From assembly GCA_964016885.1 (NCBI GenBank), contig OZ024751.1:6200001-6264000 (forward strand): DNA of 64,000 nt. Reading direction: 5' to 3'. The notes under the pieces are model-generated. The model made no database searches and was not told the DNA's origin. It worked only from the letters and a program-made list of their open reading frames with translations. Position numbers and translations under genes: made by a program. Source of the stretch: Eledone cirrhosa (Eukaryota). Positions 25,071-39,649 of the stretch are shown one piece after another; positions within the stretch are counted from its first letter, which is position 1, and each line of letters begins with the position of its first letter.

Positions 25071-27563
25071 TTATTTAGGTTTGTTGGTTCACCACTGGAT
25101 AGAACTGGTCATTCCGTATGGTCAACCTCGATATAATATTATGGAGAGCACTCAACGTAATGCAACTCACCCGTCTTCGTTTGTGTAGTTGGTGTTGCAA
25201 ATACGGAGTTAATTATTATAAAATAACAGGAAGCTGGACTGGTGTAATTCCTTAAAGGTTTTATTATCCTATGACCATTTCAATGACCGGGTTCAGTATG
25301 AATCCGGTGACATCATCAGGTATTCAAAATATAACAAAGGAATATAATAGACAAAATCCATGGGGCTGAAAATCAGAGACATGAAGGCTACCGAACATTT
25401 AGCAGCCTCTACCTCGGTCTGCCCTCCTTAAGTGGTGATTATTAAGCCTACTTATGTCCCTCTGGTGAAGGGGCGTAGGCTTAGTGTGTACTACTACCAC
25501 CCCGTCAAAATCAGAGGACAGCGTTGTCGTCAGGTCACATTCAAACTGGTCATGCGTGCTAGAAAGTGCCGCGAAAAATATCAAAAAACATATATTCTTA
25601 GCAAATCTACATATAGTAATATATAGTGGGCGCCTGCATGGTACAATGTATGGACAGAAATTACGATTAACAATTACATACGTTAAATTTATGTTTAGAG
25701 TTAGAAGATGTCATTTAAGATGAAATTAGAAAAATAAGGTTTAGGTTTGCAGTTGTTAGATTTAGTTAAAGAATTTACAGATTGAGGTTTTATGAAAACG
25801 TTTAAGTGTATTATAGATAGTCACGATAAAGTTTCAGGGTAGAATATAGCGTAAAGATTAAGCCCATGCTTAGCGGCCAATAACCAGCGGCGGTGCGGAC
25901 CCCCGGATGCCCGTGGCCCGACGGCCTGTCAGCCGTTCCGAGTATTATCGTCTTGCGAAAGAAATGGAAATTTATTTTTCCTAGCACTCCAGGAACGTTA
26001 CCTGTCTTAAGCGTCGGGTGTGTCAGCGGGTGTCTGCCACCGTCCGCCGACCATCGTATATACCAAACGATTACTAGATATTCACACCCGTGATGTGAAG
26101 TTGAAAGTGGTAAAATCTGACGAAATGTGCAAATAGACTATATTTAGACCCCACTTAGTCCGGGTTATATGTAGTGTGATTCCTGGGTGGGGAGGGGGAG
26201 TGAATAAAGATAAACAGATATAAGGGTCCAGAGAGTAATATTCTAGGGTCGTATGCTAATGAGTACAAGGATACGTATATAAGGAGAGTAAAGCGAGTAA
26301 ATAAATGCATAAATAAAACCGTAAGTAAAATACATAAATACATAAATAAAATACAGTCATACCTGGTGTGGTGATGTAGGGAGTAAAAGGGAAGTATATA
26401 AGAACATATCGAAGAAATCACAATACAGAAGAAATAAAATACAGATCAAGGTGCAGTAAATGGGCAATATATAGCACGGTTGGAGAATGCAATGTTATAC
26501 ATATAGATATACAGGATGAAAGAGTAGGAATGGTATCGAGTGATACCTAGTGTATGTTCGAGTCTTAATTTTCAATGTGAATCCCGAAAACCCTGAAATA
26601 TAGGATAGGGAATTCAGTCAATACAATACAGGGTATAGTAGAATATGTTGATTCTTTGAAGAATCTATGAGGTCCGACGGAGTCTGAATATTCCCGACAG
26701 GGAAGCAGCAATGCATGGTCAAGGTGGGTGGTAGACAAAACTCAAAGCAGCCAAAATCCGAAAGGTGCATAGTTAGTCCCATGCTGGCGATAGCTGTACA
26801 TTGGAGTCAGTGCCGCAGTTGATTATTAAATCTGAAAGCGCTCGACATTTCCCGGAGCATTATTTATTTAGGTTTGTTGGTTCACCACTGGTTAGAACTG
26901 GTCAACCTCGATGTAATATTATGGAGAGCACTCAACGTAATTCATTTCACCCGTCTTCGCTTGTGTAGTTGGTGGTGCGAGTACGGAGTTAATTATTATA
27001 AAATAACAGGAAGCTGGACTGGTGGAATTCCTTAAAAGGTTTATTATCCTGTGATCATTTCAATGACCGATTTCAGTATGAATCCGGTGACATCTTCAGG
27101 TATACGAAATATAACAAGGGAATATGATAGACAAACTCCATGGGGCTGAAAATCAGAGACATGACGCCCATTAATATTACTATATATAGATTTTCTAAAG
27201 ATGTATGTTCTTTGATATTTTTCGCGGCACTTCCTAGCACGCATGACCATCTTTAATACTGGCCTCTGTATTTGACGGGGTGGCAGTATTACACTATAAG
27301 CTTACGCCCATTCACCAGATGGGCATAAGTAAGCTTAATAATCACCACTTGAGAGCATCCGACCGAGGTAGAAGCTGCTAAATGTTCGATCACCCTCGTG
27401 TCTCTGACTTTCAGCCACATGGATTTTGTGTTATATTCCTTTGTAATATTTCGAATACCTGATGATGTCACCGGATTCATACTGAACCCGGTCATTGAAA
27501 TGATCATAGTATAATAAACATTTTAAGGAATTACACCAGTCCAGCCTCCCGTTATTTTATAAT
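25071..27563 (-). mobile_element. Non-coding retrozyme / non-autonomous PLE: ~1.79-kb unit, direct terminal repeat, inverted 5' repeat, three HHRs
   Basis: 25071-25383 is repeated at 26864-27163, and 27166-27563 is the reverse complement of ~25217-25633. HHRs at 25267-25323 (-), 27047-27103 (-) and 27455-27512 (+). Flanked by (TA)n. No ORF. Confidence 0.85.
27455..27512 (+). ncRNA. Type I hammerhead ribozyme, canonical core
   Basis: atac-CTGATGA-tgtcaccggattcatactgaacccggtcatt-GAAA-tgatca-ta-gtat. Confidence 0.85.
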
Positions 27564-27606
27564 ATATATATATATTGTTATACTTGGGGAGGGTCATGTT
27601 GTTGTA

Positions 27607-27919
27607 CTGAAATAGCGATATATATATGAATGTATGTATAATCTATTTGACAATATATTGTATGCTTAATAAAAAATATTTTGAAGACCATTCGCTACGA
27701 GTTTTAAAGTAATAACTATGTCACCTACTTATTTTCGACAAAAGCTGCTTCTCGCTCGTTAGCGTTCATCAAAACCACTCACTCGTTTGCTTCTGCTGAA
27801 AATAAGTAAGTGACTACTTTAAAACTCATAGCAAATGGTCTTCATAATGTTTTTAATTAAACAAACAGTATATTGCCAAATATAATATACACACATTCAT
27901 GTATCCATCGCTATTTCAG
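27607..27919. repeat. Diverged fold-back inverted repeat
   Basis: ctgaaatagcgat...tgaagaccatt...cttattttc versus gaaaataag...aatggtcttca...atcgctatttcag. Confidence 0.85.
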
Positions 27920-28023
27920 AGCACCAATAATAATACCTAATTTTTGCTGGACCAGCAACGGCTCTGTTTAATCAGCTCTCAAATATTACTGGAATTCTAT
28001 AAGACTCCAACTTCTAAAACCCT

Positions 28024-28340
28024 CGGCTGTTTGGTAGGTTCGATAGCCGGATGGTTTTTTTTTCGTCACACATTCTGTGCTTTCTCCAGTGACTAGGTTT
28101 TTATTTTATGTCTCTTCTTTGTTCTGTGATACACCATTTTGTTTTTGTGAAGGACAGAACAAAGGAGACACAAAATAAAAACCTAGTCACTGAGGAGGTC
28201 ACAGAATGTGTGACGAAAGAGCTTTGACAATATATATAAACAACCACCTGGTTATAGAACCAACCAACCGGAAATCTATAATAAATTGAAATGAAACCAA
28301 CAGGTGCGTGTGTGTTTATTGCCAGCATGACTCTCATATA
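28024..28340 (+). mobile_element. Fold-back pLTR/retrozyme fragment with an HHR at 28186-28228; partial copy at 21122-21260
   Basis: gtca-CTGAGGA-ggtcaca-gaatg-tgtgac-GAAA-gagctt-tgac. Bases 28060-28127 are the reverse complement of 28154-28218. Confidence 0.8.
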
Positions 28341-28948
28341 TATATATATATATATATGAAGCCATATTTTGTAATGGAGAATACAACTTATCAAATGATC
28401 ACAGCTCAATAGTTTGATCAAGAATGTTAAAGGTTAATAATGTCATTCTTCTGTAAATTTATTAATTAAACTTTCGAAACGAAACTCCTCTACTTTATAG
28501 ACTATTTCCTTTACTGAAATGATGTTAAAATACGATCTTTGCAATAGTCGATAAATGAGAGCTGAAATGTTATTTGGAAGTGGAGCTGACTAAATAAAGT
28601 ATTTCAATTAATCTTATGTTGCCATTTGAGCAGAATTCACGGAGAAAATTAATTAACGTAATTGCTATATTAAATCACAAATTGTTAATCAGGATCCTGC
28701 TACTACACTTTAGTCTCTTCAAGGCAGAATGTCTTACTAAACGTTCTGAACTTCTGTCTGTTATAGGATGACTTAAAATGATTCTATATAAAGAATCTAT
28801 TGATTTTAAATACATCAGTCTGAAAAGCAGGAAAGGGGATTTACAATGAAATAATTACAATTAATCCTTTGTTTTCGAAATTGAGTTTGAACTTAATTAA
28901 TACAAGAGACAAAAGTGATTCATCGATAAGTTACACAGTTACACTACA

Positions 28949-28999
<51 letters not shown>

Positions 29000-29170
29000 C
29001 ATGTATATATATGTATGTACACATATATATGTATATATACACATATATGTATATATACACATATATATATATATATACTTATATATAAATAATTATATAT
29101 ACATATATATATATATATATACAGACACACATACACGCACACACTCACACACACACACGCTCACACACAG

Positions 29171-29295
<125 letters not shown>

Positions 29296-29589
29296 AATAA
29301 TGATGGTGGTATTTACCAATATAATCTCACTCACATGAAGTTGCAGTTATTTGAAATCAGGAGAGAAAACGATATGTATATTACGGAAAAGTTTGGTCTG
29401 ATGTTTATTTGTTTTTCTATCAGTAATATATTAAACAGATTAGGTTACATAGAAAGAATTAGATGATTTTAATTTCCCTGTGAAAGCTGCCACATCTAAA
29501 GTTTTTTCTGTGTAAGGTCAGGAAAGTTTGCATTTTATTCTAAAATGCTAATCGTGTGAGAGAAAATGTGATATATACTCTTAGTGAAT

Positions 29590-29830
29590 GCGCGTGGTTT
29601 AGTGGTAAGAGAGTTGGATTTGCAATCAATTCTCAGTTGATGCGTTGTGTCCTTGAGCAAGACAATTTATTTCACGCTGCTCCTTCTGCCAGGAGTTGCG
29701 CCCGGTAAATAGTGTCAGCAATGGAAGGACCAATGGAAACATTATTTCTTTGGTCCGATTTGACGAGGTTCACCCCAACCTATAAGCGAATGAGGTCTGG
29801 AATCTTGTCGATCAATCAGAGCGATACATT
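29590..29830 (+). mobile_element. CORE-type SINE; second copy at ~40340-40540
   Basis: A-box-like gtggtttagtggt and CORE-like gtgtccttgagcaagaca.tttatttcac. The 3' part is shared with 40370-40540. Confidence 0.75.
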
Positions 29831-30911
29831 ATTCGGATATCGGCCAAAATTGTCTTCGTTTAGAGGAGATACATGGAGTTTATATGATGTAAACATGCAG
29901 TGTGTGCATAAGAACATAAATGATTGAGTGTTTAACTTATTTATTTTAAGTCTCAACATGCTCATTTTGAAACGGATAGATACAACTACCATTATTTATA
30001 TCATAGCAATCTTATAAACAGTAAAATATGAAACTAACAGACGAGTATTTCCATAAAGAAGATTAATATATGTTAATGGTATATTTAAATTAAAACAAAT
30101 TGAATATTTTGAAGGTGAATTCAGAAGCAATTAGAAGTTAGGCTAAGCTTTTAAGATAATTAAAACGTTTTTTTCCCTTTATTGTTTAAGTAACAAAATA
30201 GATTTCAGATTTCATAAACGCCACCTAAACATTTATATATCCTTATATGAAAATATAAAAAACTGTTAATAGTTAAACGTATGTAGACCGAGAGTGAATG
30301 CTGGTTAAATGTAATATATTTCAGGAATATGTTCTTGTAAATCAATTAAAAGGTGAGACGGGAATACTAATATGTGATTACAGAGTGCTCAATAAATTAT
30401 TTTAAATTGACAATAAATGATGAATGACAGTATAGGAAATATTTTTGCAAGCATATATTGCTGAAATATCTCTTTAAAAGAAATCCTTACGGGCAATTAT
30501 CTCAAAGCTGGAACTTTAAAGTGGGAATTAACGGCCATAAACGCTACATTCCGATGTTAAATGAAAATTCAGAATAATTGCATTGTATTAACATATACAA
30601 ATTGTCTTTGTTCTTGAAATCTAATGACCATTAAGTTGGTGTTTCTAATTAAATTTATATTATTAATATTTTAGTTATGAATTTGATTTTTTTCTTACCA
30701 TAATCTGTTTCAACTGAAAATAATTAATCAAAGGGAAAATTTTGCTATAAAAGGGGTAACGATAATAATATTTAAAGTGGAGTAAATACAAACAAGCATT
30801 ATGATATAATTATCTGAAGAGAATTATTCGAAATACCCTAAAGGAATTTTTAAGCACTTCTCCACACGCAGAACCATACATAATACGCAACATGTTTTAT
30901 ACATATACGTG

Positions 30912-30946
<35 letters not shown>

Positions 30947-31136
30947 TCATATATAGGCATATTTATGTTTATATGTATATATATGCATTTACATATATAT
31001 TTACACACACACGCACACACTCATATATATATATGTTTGTATATATGCATATTTATGTTTAGATTTATATATATATATATATACATATACACATAAAATA
31101 TATATATATGTATATATACATATACATGCATATTTA

Positions 31137-31183
<47 letters not shown>

Positions 31184-31248
31184 CTGGTGGTAGCCATAGG
31201 CGGTATGCCGGTTGAGCACTCTATGCTCTTAAAGAGCAGAGTATGATG

Positions 31249-31360
31249 GAATAGAAAACGAAAAATCAGTGATGCATCTAAAATCAGTGATGCATCTGAA
31301 CAACAATTGTAACACAATAAATTGAGTTCAGGTGCATCACTGATTTTTCGTTTTCTATTC
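31249..31360. repeat. Short fold-back with an internal tandem duplication
   Basis: gaatagaaaacgaaaaatcagtgatgca versus tgcatcactgatttttcgttttctattc. Confidence 0.85.
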
Positions 31361-31498
31361 TATATATATATATATATATATAATATATATGTATATGTAT
31401 ATACATATATATATATACACACATATATATATATTTATATATATATACACACACACATATATATATATACACACACATATATATATATATATACACAC

Positions 31499-31529
<31 letters not shown>

Positions 31530-31542
31530 TATGTATATATAT

Positions 31543-31630
<88 letters not shown>

Positions 31631-31640
31631 ATATATATAA

Positions 31641-31710
<70 letters not shown>
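31361..31710. repeat. Compound (TA)n/(CA)n microsatellite
   Basis: Direct reading. Confidence 0.95.
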
Positions 31711-31714
<4 letters not shown>

Positions 31715-31995
31715 TTATTAGATAGTTGTTTTTACAAAATGAAAATTAACGGAGGTGTCCTACACGAGTGAAAGGTTAAAGAAAAAGAGATGAAATCGAA
31801 AATGCAACTGGAGTCTTATTTAAAAAAATATATATATATTTATTTGGTTCCGTTACCGGTTTCGCAGTTCTTCTGCTTTTCAAAAGTAGGCTTGAGATGA
31901 AGGGTCTGTGGTTTTTCTCACATTTGAGATATATATATATATGGGTCTATATATATATATGGGTCTGTGGTTTTTCTCACATCTGAGACACACAC

Positions 31996-32051
<56 letters not shown>

Positions 32052-32133
32052 TGACTCATGTCCTCCAATTTACTTTATTCTATTCTCGTTCCCTCCTTTG
32101 CGCTGGCCTCAATAACACAAATACTCTATCTTT

Positions 32134-33321
<1,188 letters not shown>

Positions 33322-33599
33322 ATATATATGTATATGTATATATGATCTGTAAGAATAACAACTCTTTTTTATTTAACTATTGGGATCTTTATATGTTGAT
33401 AGTTATCAACCTGTCTGTTTTACATTGGTGACATTTTTCAACAAACAATTCGATATGATGTGCTTCGTAACAGCTTTCTCACCCATGTGATTCAACCTAC
33501 ATAGAGTAGTTTGTGGACAGCTGAATGAGTAAACTGAGTCGGATTTCTAATATCTCAAAATGTCTATATTGCATTCTAGTTAAAATTACTACACCAATT

Positions 33600-33810
33600 A
33601 GGGCGGCGGGTTAGCATTATCGGTAGAGTGCCGGACAATAGTATTTGCGGTATGGAGTTACGACCCTGTTACGTTCTGTGTTCAAATCCTGCCAAAGTTA
33701 GCTTGGCCTATCATCCTCAGAGGGTTCATAAAATCAAGTGCCAGTAACACACTGTAGTCCATTTAATCGACTCTTCCCTCCCCTAAAATTGTTGCCCTTG
33801 TATCGAGTAC
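33600..33810 (+). mobile_element. Older SINE copy
   Basis: gttcaaatcctgcc...tatcatcctcagagggttcataaaatcaagtgccag. Confidence 0.7.
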
Positions 33811-33857
33811 ACTGTTGAGTAATAGTCTAATTAGCTTTAAGCTGGCTTTATCCTGAT

Positions 33858-33896
<39 letters not shown>

Positions 33897-33924
33897 TCCT
33901 GTATATACATATATATATACACAC

Positions 33925-33965
<41 letters not shown>

Positions 33966-34055
33966 TTAGTTAAGCAAAGCAAGACCACAAATTTCACAAG
34001 GAAGACGTTATTAAAAGATCGTCAACATATTTTAGTTTGATGTAAGGAATGTAGA

Positions 34056-34088
<33 letters not shown>

Positions 34089-34227
34089 CCGTTTACAATT
34101 GTTTCTACTGCATATTGCACATTGAGCACATGCCTTTACGCTTTGGCTTCTAACTAACTCACCAATATTTCCTCTCATATCTCCTCTACTATCTCCATCT
34201 CTCTCTTTAAGATTGGTTACTCTTGAA

Positions 34228-34279
<52 letters not shown>

Positions 34280-34449
34280 TAGATTATCTTAGAAACTCAA
34301 AATAGTCTTTTACAATTAAATAGCTCAAGGAAGGGAATCTTTCCGAGCCGTGTAATACGATTGAATATATGAGAGAGATGAACACCGATAGAAGTATACA
34401 TGTGTTCCAATTGCAAATGACCAAATCTGCCTGTCTCGATTTAATGTCA

Positions 34450-35360
34450 TCTATATATATAAAACTGAGGATGTCTGCCTGTGTGTGTGTGAGTTTGAAT
34501 CCCCAAAACTCGAGAAGCACCAAACCGACTGTTTTCAAACTTTACACATGTAATACTTATCTTTCAGGGAGTGTTCTGAGTAAAAGAAATTTCAAATTTT
34601 CAATGCCCTAGGGACCGCATTAGGCGATTTAGCGATCTCACTCTATGATTCTTAGTCTTTCACTCTTTAGATATATACATACATATAACGTCGCGCCCTT
34701 ATAATATCTGTCTGTCTGTATTACGTCACTTCCCTGGGGATGTCTGTGTGTGTGTGTGTGAGTTTGATCCCTAAAACTCGAGAAGTACCCAACCGACCTT
34801 TTTCAAACTTTACATGTGTATTACTTATGTTTCAGGGATTGTTATGCACATAAGGTAATTCAACGTTTTGATCCTCTAGGGCCCGCATTAGGTGTACAAC
34901 TGCATTTGTTCAGGTTTTTAGCGGGTTTTTTTAGGTGCTACGTCAGACCGATTTCCTTGAAACTGTAACTATGTATTAGTCAGTTTCGTCTTCATACCTT
35001 GAGCAAAGAAAATCCAACTTGTTTATGGGATAGGTGAAAAAGTGCATTAGGTGAAAAACTTTATTTTTTCAGCTTTTTAGGGGTTATTTGAGGCGTTACG
35101 TCTAATCGATTTTCCCCAAATTTCAAGGCATATAATTGCACATAAAACAATTCATTTTCTTGATCTAGGGCCCGCATTAGGTGAAAACCTGCATTTTTTC
35201 TGTTTCATCAATGAAAATCTTAAAGATTATCCAGCCATCAGAGTATTCGGATTATTTTCTTTACATATTGTCCAGGTATGCAGTTTTTCCACGATTAGGT
35301 CTGTTGGCGGCCCGCGTTCCAAAATGCCTTATCCCGTACAACACCGGGTACCACTGCTAA
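34450..35360 (+). mobile_element. Non-autonomous Helitron
   Basis: A|TCTATATATATAAAA start, internal duplicated block (34470 and 34739), and a 3' cccgtacaacaccggg hairpin followed by ctaa|t (a CTAG variant). Confidence 0.75.
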
Positions 35361-35367
35361 TAGATCA

Positions 35368-35542
35368 ATAATTGTTTCTACTTTAGGCACAAGGCCAGCA
35401 ATTACCCAGTGCATTACTGGTACTTTATTTTATCGACCCCGTAAGGATGAAAGGCAAAGTCAACCTCGGCGGAATTTGAACTCAGATCGTAAAGGAACGT
35501 AACTATGCTGGAAAGCATGGCGTCCGACCCTCTACTGATACT
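35368..35542 (-). mobile_element. tRNA-derived SINE
   Basis: Near-consensus reverse-complement copy. Confidence 0.92.
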
Positions 35543-36282
35543 ACATCGGGTAACTGCGTTTGGTACCCGGACAGATCTAAAATCTGTTCGCAAGAATTAT
35601 TAAGCGAAAGCCACCATTTCTGTGCTCTTCTGCGCGTATCCATGAAATTCGTAACTTTCACTTCAAAATATCTAAGGAAACTGAACTATGTATTGATATA
35701 AAATTACATGTTGCAGCGCCTAGCGCGTCTCACACTCATGCCACTAAAAATAGCAGCTGGTTTTATGAGACTAAAGTTAGCTCTACGTATGGAGCCGAGA
35801 ATATCATAGATTGAGTTAGAAACTCAAAATAATCTTTTACAATTAAATAGCTCAAGGAAGGGAATCTTTCCGAGCCGTGTCATACAATTGAATATGTGAG
35901 AAAGATGAACACCGATACAAGTTTACATGTGTTCGAATTGCAAATGACAAAGTTAGCTAGGTTGAAAAGATACCAATTTAAAAGAATATGGTTTGCCTGT
36001 CTCGACTTAAAGTAATACATCAATACGAATTTCCTGGATACCCACCAGAAGAGCACAGGAATGGTCGCTTTCACTTAATAATTCTTGCGAAACAGATTTT
36101 AGATCTGTCTGGATATCAAAGGCAGTCCCCGAAATACGTTTGTTATTGTTATTGATTTATTACTTTAAATCGAGACAGGCAGACCATATTGTTATAGTAT
36201 TTTTTCAACCTAGCTTACTTGGTCATTTGCAATTGGAACACATGTATACTTGTATCGGTATTCATCACCTCTCATACATTCA

Positions 36283-36319
<37 letters not shown>

Positions 36320-37214
36320 TAATAACATCTAGTCGAGAGCTTTATTCGGTTTCTGAAAAGGAATTTATTCCTTTGGTCAAATTTTGAATTTGATCGCCAA
36401 AACTGGTGGTTAGCCTCCTTCGGGAAAACCCCGTGACTACTGGCCGTGTTTACTGCTAATATTAAAAACCGGAGCGGACTAGAACGAACACTTGTTGACG
36501 AAGTAAATTCCACTGTTCTATCTTCCAAAACCAATAACTTTTTTGTTTTCGGATTTTACAGAAACCTAGCGGAGATATTGTGTAATATCAACGCGATGGT
36601 CCAGGTTTGTCATATTTTCCTGACTCAGTTTTTTTCGCTGCTTTGGTCACTGCGGCTCGCTGTCTTCAATTTGTAAAGCTGTCTAAACGTAATGTTATAA
36701 CTCTAAGGTAATATAAATTATTGAGTGCTTAGCTGCACATTCCGATTTCATTCGTTAGCTTAGCTGCAGCCAGAGCTTCGATTATGCGGTACTAACATTT
36801 GTATATATATATATATGTATATATTTATATATTCAAAACAACGAACAGCGGAGGATACGTTTCGCACCTTTCCGACAGACATATTCCCCCCCACCCCCGG
36901 AAAAAAACCCAGTTGATGGATGTGAATCCGAAATATATAGGGACAATTAAAGCTCTCCCAAGGTAACTCTTTCTCGTGTTGTTATTTTTATTTTTATCCT
37001 TTACGCTCATTCCTTCATTCCTCTACACGTTACAGTCTTATACACGCCACGCATCTCAACGTACACCCACTTATATCTCTCTCTCCACCACCGGATCTTG
37101 TTACCCGGAGATTTACCCATCTGCATTGTCGAGGCTTCCAAACGACTTAAAGAAATATACCATATATATATATACATATATATATATACATATATATATA
37201 CACATATATATATA

Positions 37215-37423
37215 TTAATAAAAGGAATTCCAACTTTGTCTGATTTACTCGTTTTATTTACAATCCTTTAAAATTTATAATGGTATTAGAATGAAATAGT
37301 ATGGTAGAATATTAAATGTTAAGTGTTAATTGAACAAGTACTTTCATGCTTTCGCAATCTTCAGGTTCATAATGTGTGGTGACAGTCAAGTTTGAAATTT
37401 TAAAAAATTGCAAACTTGACTGT
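37215..37423 (-). mobile_element. pLTR/retrozyme fragment with a minimal HHR (37331-37369); copy in opposite orientation at 53763-53962 (HHR 53797-53835)
   Basis: Reverse complement reads tgaac-CTGAAGA-ttgc-gaaa-gcat-GAAA-gtac-tt-gttca. Confidence 0.85.
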
Positions 37424-38280
37424 TTCTACAAGCTGTTGAAATGTTGGATAAATACTCTATTGGGGCCACCGCGAAGAGGCCATTTTCGGTTATTTGTCGG
37501 AGATTTCTTCATAAGAGCCTTTCTTCTTATAGCTTGGTCTAATTGATTTTTTATATGGTTAATTATGCTAATTGGGAGGGGAAATGATATATATTTTATC
37601 TAATAATTCTAAGGACATGATTTATGATATATTGCTCTGATTATTTAATTTATTAATTCTTCATAGAGCCAAAAAGTGACCGGTTGCAGCATATATATCT
37701 ATAACTTTATGTATATGTAAACCTTTATATTTAATAATCTCCCGTTAGGTTGAGATACAATTTGGCGATATTTGGCTGCGCTTTCTAGCAACCAGCCTAT
37801 CTGCCGTAAGCAACCAATCACATTCTTTCTAGCTTGACCACAGCCACATAGCGATTCTTAGCCATTTTTGAATCTAATTTTGGCGCGATCACGTTAGAAA
37901 ACTAAATGTCTGATTTTGAGTTTGTCTCCTGATGAATCCTAACTCAAGACTTTCCTATTAATTGGATGTCTAAAAATACGGATGAAACCATGGTAGAGAT
38001 ATAATTACGGTATGTACACATTTCTTCTAAGTTTAATTTTACACCTAATTGTGTATGGTTGATGGTATATTTAGTCAGTTTCTACATGCTGTCGAAATGT
38101 TGGATAAATACTCTATTGGGGCCACCGCGAAGAGGCCACTTTCGGTTATTTGTCGGAGATTTCTTCATAAAAGCCTTTCTTCTTATAGCTTGGTCTAATT
38201 GATTTTTTATATGGTTAATTATGCTAATTGGGAGAGGAAATGGTATATATTTTATCTAATAATTCTAAGTACATGATTTA

Positions 38281-38285
<5 letters not shown>
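37422..38285 (+). mobile_element. Retrozyme-like element, 656-bp unit with a partial tandem copy and an HHR at 37924-38000
   Basis: 37422-37630 is repeated at 38078-38285. HHR reads gtctc-CTGATGA-atcc...ggat-GAAA-ccatgg-ta-gagat. Confidence 0.82.
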
Positions 38286-38324
<39 letters not shown>

Positions 38325-38328
<4 letters not shown>

Positions 38329-38800
38329 AGAGGCTAAACGAACTGAACCTCTACTCCCTGGAACGAAGACGGGAGAGATACGCAGTGATATACATAAGGA
38401 AAATCTTGGAGAGACTAGCAACAAACTTTGGCATTGAGAGCTGGACCAACACCCGAACAGGACATCACTGCGTGATGCTAAAGGTCCCGTCTTCCACATC
38501 TAGTATAAGGAGCAGATATTGCAATAGCCTGGGGTTCAAGGGCCCTCAACTCTTCAAGCTGCCGAGGGATTTGAGAGCTCTGCATGGTGTGGACGTGGAT
38601 GTTTTCTAGAAACATCTCAACACCCTGCTATCCAGGAACCCAGATGATCCCACAGCAATGCACGAGGGAAACCTAAGAGCAGCAGCAACGAACTGCCTCT
38701 TGCACCAGTGGCTATCCAATACAGGCTAGAGATAAAATGTGTAGCAACAAGGGCGGTTCCCCAGCATTGCCTCAGCCGGATGGCTGGAACAGGTAAAAGA
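38325..38800 (+). mobile_element. 3' end of a CR1-group LINE
   Basis: RERLNELNLYSLERRRERY...SLGFKGPQLF.LPRDLR. Confidence 0.75.
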
Positions 38801-38825
38801 GTAAATATATATATATATATATATT

Positions 38826-38871
<46 letters not shown>

Positions 38872-39649
38872 ATTCATAGAGTGTGTACTAAACAATTTTT
38901 AGTTTTTTTCTTCATTATTGTTTCCTCACAGTAATTGTACATGTTAAGTCGCCATCTGTATTATTATAACAACTATGTTTAATTTGAATTTTATTCCAGA
39001 AAAAAAAAACTATGTTATTATGGACGTGATCAATTAGCAGGCATAAGCCATCATTATTAGCGATAATGTTTTTTTCAGATGAATGACATTATTCATTATT
39101 TTTTTGTAATTATTTTCTTCTTTTTATTGTTTTCAATTCATTGTCAATTGCCATTTCTTTAACGTGCGTGTTTGAAAAGTGGTGAATTTTGTGTGTAAAC
39201 CGAATCACTGTGAGACTTCCTATCTTTCAAAATGAATCAGGCATGTTCGCTATGTTTTTACTGATCAATATACACTAACATTTTCCGTCGACTGATTAAT
39301 TTCGATAAATTGTCTGGATAATAACCATACAAGAGGCTATAATTTAACTATTGCATCGAGTTTCGTCACATATTGCAGACATCGGCGGCTTATAAATTGA
39401 AAAGAATCAACTAAACAAAATTTCTTTGCATTAATGAATTAATGTTTATGACATTTTGATACGAACAGTAGAAAGAAAGCTTTGGAAATCTAAATGCTAT
39501 TTATGAATCGAATATTAATAAAGCAAATGGAATCAAAACAAAGAGAAAAACATTGATGTTATTTACTCCCTTCAAAAAATGAATTTACCTTCTTTTTTCA
39601 TGAATAATGATTAGGAGCGTCAATACTTTTTAATATTTATGTGCAGTAA

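Larger units (their letters stand above)
34277..36290. repeat. Tandem plus fold-back repeat family, interrupted by a Helitron and a SINE; diverged relative at 42935-43745
   Basis: 34277-34447 is repeated at 35805-36012. 35883-36012 is the reverse complement of ~36160-36290, and 35570-35630 of ~36047-36110. Confidence 0.75.
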
